Shown here one piece after another: positions 57,416 through 64,000 of a DNA stretch of 64,000 nt. Origin of the DNA: a virus (Duplodnaviria > Caudoviricetes); the IMG/VR virus record IMGVR_UViG_3300010327_000802, positions 9,201 through 73,200 of that record, one strand, 5' to 3'. How positions within the stretch are numbered: position 1 is the first letter of the stretch; the number at the start of each line of letters is the position of its first letter. Position numbers and translations under genes: made by a program. Below the pieces are notes generated by a model. The model was given only the letters and a program-made list of their open reading frames with translations, was not told the DNA's origin and ran no database searches.

Positions 57416-58150
57416 ATGCAAAACTTATTGGATGAACTAAAAAGGGAAATGAAGGTAGAACTGCTCAATGCAGTTCTACGGCCCGAGACGCTGAAAGGAT
57501 ACTATACTAGTGGTACTAAAATGTTGACATTCCCCGACAGGTTGGTGTATTTCGTGATTGACTTTACTGGTTTTGAGGATGAAGAAGGGTACCATGTAGA
57601 AGAGTACCCAGACATACCTGACTCAACTGATAGCGTGCCAGTCTTGGCTTTCGTGTACCCAGACATACTCCTTATGGCGGTTACGGATGAGAAAGGATCA
57701 AGTGAGATTGTATGGAGTATTGATGGTCCTGATCTTGCTAGAAAACATCTAAAAGAAGTAATAAGGTATGACATCCTTCCACATCTTGAGGACAAAGGTA
57801 TTGAGCTTAAGGATATCATTGGATTTTACATTTCTTGGCTTGCAACAATGAGGTCTACAAGAGAACTCGATGCTATTCAAAAGACAGTGAGCTATCAAGC
57901 CATTCCAAATGATGATGATAACAAATATCTTATTGTCTTTAAGACAACTGTATCTGAGAAGAAGCAAAAAGATGACGTATATAATGTTCTAAAGTATTCG
58001 CTTTCCTTTGACAAGGTAAAATACAATGTAACCACACCATTTCCAATTATACTAGATGAAAGAACAAGGATTTTCCAGAAAATGGTAGACGAGATTGAAT
58101 CTTTTCTGAAACGTGTAGATGAAGAGGTCGATAAAATTCTTAATAGGTAA
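57416..58150 (+). CDS. Acidic hypothetical protein
   Basis: AAGGAGG SD. Confidence 0.75.
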   Translation: MQNLLDELKREMKVELLNAVLRPETLKGYYTSGTKMLTFPDRLVYFVIDFTGFEDEEGYHVEEYPDIPDSTDSVPVLAFVYPDILLMAVTDEKGSSEIVWSIDGPDLARKHLKEVIRYDILPHLEDKGIELKDIIGFYISWLATMRSTRELDAIQKTVSYQAIPNDDDNKYLIVFKTTVSEKKQKDDVYNVLKYSLSFDKVKYNVTTPFPIILDERTRIFQKMVDEIESFLKRVDEEVDKILNR

Positions 58151-58161
58151 TGGAGGGTTAT

Positions 58162-58710
58162 ATGGAGGATAAACCCGAAGTAATCCAAGAAAACAAAATA
58201 AATATTCAGGTACTACCAATTATCATTATCATATGGAAAAAAGGAAGCACCGAGTCACTGGTTTTACGTTCGAAATGCGAGGAAATTCCAATAGAAAACC
58301 TTACGGATGAGGAAAAGGAAGAACTCTTTGCAACCGCTTTTAATATGATAGCTACCCTTTCATCGACTAATGGAGCTTTAGCGATTGCGGCTAATCAGCT
58401 CGGAATCACCAAAAGAATGTTTGTAATCAATCTTGGATTTCCAAGGGTCTTTGTCAATCCGAAGATAATTGAAAAGAAGGATGAGGTTCTATTGACTGAG
58501 ATGTGTCTGTCTATACCAGATACTCCTGTAAAGGTGAGAAGGTATAGCAAAGTTAAGATGGAAGCTTATGAGATATTTCCATTCCTCAAGTATATTACCC
58601 CCAAACAAGTGTATGAACTTGAAGGGGTTTATGCTCAAGCGGTCCAGCATGAAATAGACCATCTAAATGGTAAACTGATTATTGATTATATGAAGACGGG
58701 GAGAAAATAG
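58162..58710 (+). CDS. def: Peptide deformylase with variant motifs (track start 58150)
   Basis: GALAIAANQLG, EMCLS, QHEIDHLNG. Confidence 0.88.
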   Translation: MEDKPEVIQENKINIQVLPIIIIIWKKGSTESLVLRSKCEEIPIENLTDEEKEELFATAFNMIATLSSTNGALAIAANQLGITKRMFVINLGFPRVFVNPKIIEKKDEVLLTEMCLSIPDTPVKVRRYSKVKMEAYEIFPFLKYITPKQVYELEGVYAQAVQHEIDHLNGKLIIDYMKTGRK

Positions 58711-58712
58711 AA

Positions 58713-59153
58713 ATGGAACGAGGAAATGCTAGTGAGAAAATCAAAGCATTAATGGATTGGCAAAGAGAGTTCCATAGAAAACGAGATGAAATTGTCAAAA
58801 AGTATGACCTGAAGTCTCCAGAGGAAATCATTTCTTTCTTTAGGTATTCGAATTTATCTAAAAAAGAACCCGATTTCTGTCCATTATATAAAACTGGAGA
58901 AGTTTGTCATAAAGGTCTTTCAAAAGGAGAACTTGTTTGTTACTACTGTGCTTGTCCTTACTATGATGCAAACTATTTTGACCCAGAACGTGGGCTGATT
59001 GGCAGGTGTTTGATAAACAGTTCACGAGGCAAGTATAATAGACATGGATATTGGGATTGTACAGATTGTACCTTACCTCACAGACCATTATCTGCATTAA
59101 AAATGTTAAAGACTGAAAAAGAGAGTGAAAGTAAGAAGGAACACAAAGGATAG
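58713..59153 (+). CDS. Cysteine-rich small-domain (zinc-binding) protein
   Basis: FCPLY...CH...CYYCACPYY...C...WDCTDC.LPH. Confidence 0.75.
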   Translation: MERGNASEKIKALMDWQREFHRKRDEIVKKYDLKSPEEIISFFRYSNLSKKEPDFCPLYKTGEVCHKGLSKGELVCYYCACPYYDANYFDPERGLIGRCLINSSRGKYNRHGYWDCTDCTLPHRPLSALKMLKTEKESESKKEHKG

Positions 59154-61537
59154 TGGAGGAACAAACGGGCAAAGATATATCTAATGAAAGGAGATTTATT
59201 GAGGTTGCCTTCCCTATAAAAGAAGTTAGTAAAGAATCTTCAAAAGAAAGAAACATAAGGGATGGGCATATTTCAACCTTACACTTATGGTGGTCAAGAA
59301 AACCGCTTAGTTCATCAAGAGCAACAACTTATGCTGCCTTAATTCCTTATCCGTCAACAGAAAATGAAGTAAAAGAAAAGACAGAATTCATTATTGAGCT
59401 TTCTAAATGGAAAAACTCTTTGATGGAGGATGTTATTAGAAAGGCAAGAGAAGACATTCTAAGAGCAAATGGTGGAAAGCCTCTAAAGGTTTTAGACCCA
59501 TTTGCTGGTGGCGGTTCAATTCCATTGGAATGCCTAAGACTTGGTTTAGAGCCCCATGCTGGAGAGTATAACCCCGTTGCGGCCCTCATCCTAAAATGCA
59601 CCCTTGAGTACCCCCAAAAGTATGGAGGGCAAAACAAGGTTAAAAGAAATGAAGGCTTGTTTAATATTGAGAAAGCAGAAAGTCCATTGATTGCGGATAT
59701 AAGGAAATGGGGAGAATGGGTTTTAGAGCAGGCGAGAAAAGAGATAGGAAGGTTTTATCCAGAAGATGAGGACGGCTCAATTCCATTAGGTTATTATTGG
59801 ATGCGAACTATACCTTGTCAAAATCCTTCTTGCAAGGCTGAAATTCCGTTAACAGCTAATTGGTGGCTTGTTAGAAAGAAGGATGAGAAAGTTTTTCTCT
59901 ATCCTTTTGTTTACAACGGAAAGGTTGAGTTTGCTATAGTTCAAAGGAATGGAGATGAATGGCAGGTTGTGGAGAGTTCTGTTCCTGGGTTTATTCCAAA
60001 AGTACCTTCCAATTTTGATCCAGACAATGGGACGGTTTCTAGAGCCTTTGCTGTTTGCCCTGTTTGTAAAAGTACTATTGAGGATAATCAAGTAAGAAAA
60101 CTCTTCCAAGAGGAAAAGGCTGGTCAGAGAATGGTTGTAGTTATTTTAAGTAAATCAGGGAAAAGGGTTTATAGATTGGCTACTGAGAAGGATGTTGATC
60201 TTTACAAAAATGCAGAGGAGTATTTAGAGGTAAAAAGAAAAAAACTTTTGGGGGAATGGGGGTTTGATCCTGTTCCAGATGAGGACTTCTCCTCAAGTGT
60301 GATATTCAGCACTCGGCTTTATAAGCTTACAATGTTTGGTGACCTTTTCAACGCTCGTCAAAAGCTGGCTTTAATTGTCTTTACCGAAAAAGTTAGATTG
60401 GCGTATAAAAAAATGATAGAAGAAGGATATGATAAGGAATATGCTAAAGTAGTTCTAACTTATCTTGGGTTTGGAGTAAGCAGACTAGCTGAATATACGA
60501 GTAATCTGTGTTTTCTTGATAGTACATTGGAAAAGGTTTCTCATGTTTTTAGCAGGCAATCACTTCATATGGTTTGGGATTACTCAGAAGTGAATCCATT
60601 GAGTAAAGCTGTTGGGTCTTGGACAAGTATGGTTTTAAGGAGAATCTTACTTTCTCTTTCTCACCTTACTCAAATTCCACCTATAGGAAATGTAACGCCC
60701 AATGTTTATAGATCTTCAGCTACCGAGCTTCCATATCCAGATAATTACTTTGATGCTGTCTTCACTGACCCTCCTTATTATGATAATGTGCCCTATTCTC
60801 ACCTTTCAGATTTCTTCTATGTCTGGTTAAAACGTAGCATTGGGGACCTTTATCCAGAGCTCTTTTCTACCCCTTTAACACCAAAATCAGAGGAGATAGT
60901 TGCTTATTCCAAACGGGGTGGGGGTTCAAAGGCTTTAAAACTTATGAAAGATGACGGGCGAATGTGCTTGAATATTCCCTTGGACAAAAACAAGGGTGGT
61001 CAGCAGAGTGTTTATGCTGATATAATTACAATTGCCAAGAAGGTGGGGTGGAAGTACCATTCAACAATCGTATGGAATGAGGGCAATATCTCAAGAAGGA
61101 CAGCATGGGGTTCATGGCTTTCCCCCTCTGCACCCTATGTGATTGCACCGGTTGAAATGATTGCAGTTTTATATAAAAAAAGATGGAAGAAACAAGGTAT
61201 GGGAGAGTCTGATATAACAAAGGAAGAGTTTATTGAGTGGACTAATGGTATTTGGACTTTCCCTGGCGAGAGTAAGAAAAGAGTTAATCATCCTGCTCCT
61301 TTCCCTCTTGAGTTACCTAAAAGGTGTATAAAGTTGTTTACCTATGTTGGGGATACAGTTTTAGATCCATTCCTTGGGAGTGGAACTACCTTAGTTGCTT
61401 GTGCACTTTTGAATAGAAGAGGAATAGGAGTTGAAATCGACAAAAATTATTGTGAAATTGCAAAGAACAGGTTAATTAAAGAAGGCAAAGTTCTAGAAGA
61501 TAATCTTTTTCAATTACAAAGCAAACTGGAAAGGTGA
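59153..61537 (+). CDS. Chimeric amino-methyltransferase: DUF1156-type N-terminal part fused to a beta-class N4/N6 MTase C-terminal half
   Basis: LHLWWSRKPL, DPFAGGGSIP and TDPPYYD, then KDDGRMCLNIP...HPAPFP..LP.R.I....GD.VLDPFLGSGTT. Confidence 0.85.
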   Translation: MEEQTGKDISNERRFIEVAFPIKEVSKESSKERNIRDGHISTLHLWWSRKPLSSSRATTYAALIPYPSTENEVKEKTEFIIELSKWKNSLMEDVIRKAREDILRANGGKPLKVLDPFAGGGSIPLECLRLGLEPHAGEYNPVAALILKCTLEYPQKYGGQNKVKRNEGLFNIEKAESPLIADIRKWGEWVLEQARKEIGRFYPEDEDGSIPLGYYWMRTIPCQNPSCKAEIPLTANWWLVRKKDEKVFLYPFVYNGKVEFAIVQRNGDEWQVVESSVPGFIPKVPSNFDPDNGTVSRAFAVCPVCKSTIEDNQVRKLFQEEKAGQRMVVVILSKSGKRVYRLATEKDVDLYKNAEEYLEVKRKKLLGEWGFDPVPDEDFSSSVIFSTRLYKLTMFGDLFNARQKLALIVFTEKVRLAYKKMIEEGYDKEYAKVVLTYLGFGVSRLAEYTSNLCFLDSTLEKVSHVFSRQSLHMVWDYSEVNPLSKAVGSWTSMVLRRILLSLSHLTQIPPIGNVTPNVYRSSATELPYPDNYFDAVFTDPPYYDNVPYSHLSDFFYVWLKRSIGDLYPELFSTPLTPKSEEIVAYSKRGGGSKALKLMKDDGRMCLNIPLDKNKGGQQSVYADIITIAKKVGWKYHSTIVWNEGNISRRTAWGSWLSPSAPYVIAPVEMIAVLYKKRWKKQGMGESDITKEEFIEWTNGIWTFPGESKKRVNHPAPFPLELPKRCIKLFTYVGDTVLDPFLGSGTTLVACALLNRRGIGVEIDKNYCEIAKNRLIKEGKVLEDNLFQLQSKLER

Positions 61538-61540
61538 ATT

Positions 61541-62389
61541 ATGGAAAGAACGATTTTAGACGTTCAAGAAAATCTTGTCTTGGTAGATAATGAACAAAAA
61601 TCCTCATATTCTCTAGATGGGGTATTGAACAAAGTAATTCTTGGTGACTGTTTTAAAGTAATGAAGAAGTTACCTTCTGAAATCTTTGATTTAGTCTTTG
61701 TAGACCCTCCATATTTCCTTCAACTTCCATCTAAAAAACTTGTAAGGTGGTCTGGTAGTGTAGTTGATGCTGTTGATGATGAATGGGATACATTTAAAGA
61801 TTTTGATGATTATGACAACTTCACAAGGAATTATCTGACGGAAATCAAAAGGTTAATGAAACCTAACGCTACAATTTGGGTTATTGGAACTTACCACAAT
61901 ATTCATAGAGTTGGAAAGATAATGATGGATTTGGGATTCTGGATTTTGAATGATATTATATGGTTTAAGTCTAATCCAATGCCCAATTTCTTAGGAGTAA
62001 GGTTTACAAATGCTACGGAGACTTTGATTTGGGCTGTAAAGGATAAAAAAGTTAAAAATTATACGTTTAATAAAGAAATTGCAAAGAGTTTTGCTAACGG
62101 TAAATTACCTGTAAACGTATGGCAAATTCCAATCTGTTCAGGTAAGGAAAGATTAAGGAATGAAAAAGGAGAAAAGGTTCATTCTACGCAGAAACCAGAG
62201 GAGTTGTTAAGAAGAGTAATATTGACTTCATCCAAAGAGGATGATATAGTTTTTGACCCTATGGCTGGAACTGGGACAACTGGTTTTGTGGCAAAGCAAT
62301 TAAATCGTAATTTTGTAATGATTGAAATAAACAAGAGTTATGTTGATGCAACCGTGGAAAGATTTAGAAGAAGGTTTAACAATGAGTAG
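61541..62389 (+). CDS. Beta-class N6-adenine DNA methyltransferase of the M.HinfI/CcrM type (GANTC specificity inferred)
   Basis: DPPYFLQL, IWVIGTYHNI, NPMPNF.G.RFTNA.ET, HSTQKP, DPMAGTGTT; no cognate REase adjacent. Confidence 0.88.
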   Translation: MERTILDVQENLVLVDNEQKSSYSLDGVLNKVILGDCFKVMKKLPSEIFDLVFVDPPYFLQLPSKKLVRWSGSVVDAVDDEWDTFKDFDDYDNFTRNYLTEIKRLMKPNATIWVIGTYHNIHRVGKIMMDLGFWILNDIIWFKSNPMPNFLGVRFTNATETLIWAVKDKKVKNYTFNKEIAKSFANGKLPVNVWQIPICSGKERLRNEKGEKVHSTQKPEELLRRVILTSSKEDDIVFDPMAGTGTTGFVAKQLNRNFVMIEINKSYVDATVERFRRRFNNE

Positions 62390-62430
62390 CATACAATACG
62401 GAGTTCCTTCTGAATTACAGGAGGTAGATT

Positions 62431-62625
62431 ATGCCTATTTATGAATTTCGTTGCAAAAATTGTGGTGAGACTTTCGAAGAGATATACAACTACAGCGACC
62501 CGCTTCCAACAAAATGTCCTAAGTGTGGTGGTGAACTGGTAAGGGTTTACAGTGGAAGTGTAGAATTGAGGTTTAAAGGAGCAGGGTTTAATGTAACTAC
62601 CCCAAACTGGAAAATAAAATTATGA
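62431..62625 (+). CDS. FmdB-family zinc-ribbon protein
   Basis: MPIYEFRCKNCG...CPKCGG...FKG.GF; GGAGG SD. Confidence 0.9.
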   Translation: MPIYEFRCKNCGETFEEIYNYSDPLPTKCPKCGGELVRVYSGSVELRFKGAGFNVTTPNWKIKL

Positions 62626-62747
62626 GAATAATAATGAATACAATTCTAAGTCTAGAGGATAAAATAAAAAATAGTACACCAAATACAGAAGAAAGAAGAA
62701 TATATGTCGCTCAACAGGATATAATATCGGATTTAACTAAAACCTAG
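62622..62747 (+). CDS. Short 41-aa ORF, possibly truncated by the IS insertion
   Basis: ATGA overlap with the zinc-ribbon gene stop; ends at the IS left end. Confidence 0.3.
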   Translation: MRIIMNTILSLEDKIKNSTPNTEERRIYVAQQDIISDLTKT

Positions 62748-62779
62748 CAAGAATTCTCCCACTTCTAAGCGAAGCGAAA

Positions 62780-62977
62780 GTGGGAGATGAATTGCGCAGT
62801 ATTGAAAATGCTTATAAAAGCGCAAGTAGTAGATTGATAAAAAAAGAATTTCCTGAAATAAAGAAATATTTGTGGAAAGAATACTTTTGGTCAAAAAGTT
62901 TCTGTTTACTTACAACGGGTGGAGCACCTATTGAAATAATAAAGAAATATATAGAAAGTCAAGGAAAGAAGGCTTAA
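62780..62977 (+). pseudogene. tnpA: 5'-deleted IS200-type Y1 transposase (C-terminal third only)
   Basis: KSASSRLIKKEFP..LWK..FWSKSF....GGAP...IKKYIESQ; HUH motif absent. Confidence 0.85.
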
Positions 62978-62979
62978 AT

Positions 62980-64000
62980 ATGCTTAAAGCATATAAATAT
63001 AGAATGTATCCTACAAAAGAACAACAAGAATATTTTGCAAAAGTGTTTGGCTGCGCAAGGTTTATATACAATAAAATGTTAGTAGATAAAATAGAATACT
63101 ATAAACAAACTGGAAAAATGCTAAAGACTACACCTGCAAAATATAAAAAAGAATATCCTTTCCTAAAAGAAGTAGATAGTTTAGCTCTTGCTAATGTTCA
63201 GCTTAATTTAGAAAGAGCATATAACAACTTTTTTAGGGATAATAGCATAGGGTTTCCTAAATTCAAAAAGAAAAAAGGATATCAATCCTATACAACAAAT
63301 AATCAAAATGGGACAGTTGATATAGATAATGGATACTTAAAAGTTCCGAAGTTAAAAACAAAGATAAAAATAAAACAACATAGACAATTTGAAGGAATTA
63401 TTAAGTCAGTAACAATATCTAAAACACCAACAGGTAAGTATTATGCTTCAGTATTAGTAGAAACAGAGAAAAAGGAGTTACCAAAAGTAGATAAAAAAAT
63501 AGGAATAGATTTAGGATTAAAAGAATTTGCTATTCTTTCAGATGGAACAAAAGTAGAAAACCCAAAGTGGCTAAGAAAAACTGAAAAGAGGATAAAAAAG
63601 ATTCAAAGGGATTTGTCAAGGAAACAAAGAGGTAGTAAAAATTATGAAAAAACAAGAATAAAACTTGCTAAATTACATGAAAAAATAGCTAACCAAAGAA
63701 AAGATTTTCTTCATCAATTGTCCTCTAAAATTATACACGAAAACCAAGTGATAGTTTTAGAGGATTTGAAAGTGAAGAATATGCAACAAAATCATTATTT
63801 AGCAAAAGCAATAAGTGAAGTATCATGGCATGAATTTAGAAGGATGTTAGAGTACAAAGCAAATTGGTATGGCAGAAAAATAATAATAGCTCCATCGAAT
63901 TATGCAAGCAGTCAATTATGTAGTAATTGTGGGTATAAGAACCAAGAAGTAAAAGATTTAGCATTAAGAGAATGGATATGTCCTCAATGTGGAACAAAAC
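62980..64000 (+). CDS. tnpB: TnpB RNA-guided nuclease (partial, runs off the window; missing from the ORF track)
   Basis: Manually translated open frame: [37 protein letters not shown]. Confidence 0.95.
   Translation, partial: MLKAYKYRMYPTKEQQEYFAKVFGCARFIYNKMLVDKIEYYKQTGKMLKTTPAKYKKEYPFLKEVDSLALANVQLNLERAYNNFFRDNSIGFPKFKKKKGYQSYTTNNQNGTVDIDNGYLKVPKLKTKIKIKQHRQFEGIIKSVTISKTPTGKYYASVLVETEKKELPKVDKKIGIDLGLKEFAILSDGTKVENPKWLRKTEKRIKKIQRDLSRKQRGSKNYEKTRIKLAKLHEKIANQRKDFLHQLSSKIIHENQVIVLEDLKVKNMQQNHYLAKAISEVSWHEFRRMLEYKANWYGRKIIIAPSNYASSQLCSNCGYKNQEVKDLALREWICPQCGTK

Larger units (their letters stand above)
1..64000. other. Segment of a large tailed dsDNA bacteriophage genome (no host housekeeping flank seen)
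   Basis: Terminase, portal-like and protease-like genes, lysis genes and a T4/SPO1-style replication-recombination set in long co-directional, densely packed operons. Confidence 0.93.
62748..64000 (+). mobile_element. IS200/IS605-family element (left end, deleted tnpA, tnpB); right end outside the window; left boundary approximate
   Basis: Subterminal hairpin TCTCCCACTT...AAGTGGGAGA (62755-62787), then a tnpA C-terminal fragment and tnpB. Confidence 0.88.

Overview
This is a 64-kb internal segment of a large, AT-rich tailed bacteriophage genome. It is inferred to infect an anaerobic and probably thermophilic bacterium, based on sigma70-type promoters, strong GGAGG Shine-Dalgarno sites, tmRNA, peptide deformylase, B12-dependent RNR, ThyX and E/K/I-rich proteins. 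Positions 1-55053 are almost all on the minus strand. From left to right they hold: a head module (candidate scaffold, prohead protease, portal and many uncharacterised proteins), fibre-like genes, a PurD-like ATP-grasp ligase, terminase large subunit, lysis genes, a complete phage-encoded tmRNA, and a large replication/recombination module. That last module encodes DnaG, ThyX, NrdJ, DnaB, SNF2, RuvC, SbcCD, a NusG-like factor, RecA, a UvsY-like protein, SSB, UDG-PolA, a candidate origin, PrimPol-helicase and dUTPase. Positions 55155-64000 are on the plus strand and encode a PD-(D/E)XK nuclease, a lipoprotein, a second ThyX, peptide deformylase, two DNA methyltransferases, a zinc-ribbon protein and an IS200/IS605 element with deleted tnpA and open tnpB running off the window. 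The strongest novelty candidates are: (1) a K-x-A-S motif strongly enriched in head-module proteins, a candidate new prohead-protease signature, which also appears as a 28-nt near-identical cassette inside the PurD-like enzyme; (2) a tmRNA with a non-canonical tag ending YAYTA; (3) a chimeric methyltransferase with one DPPY and two SAM-binding motifs; (4) leaderless promoters sharing a 15-nt element; (5) a phage NusG paralogue; and (6) two divergent ThyX genes. All family assignments come from motif recognition by eye, with no database searches.
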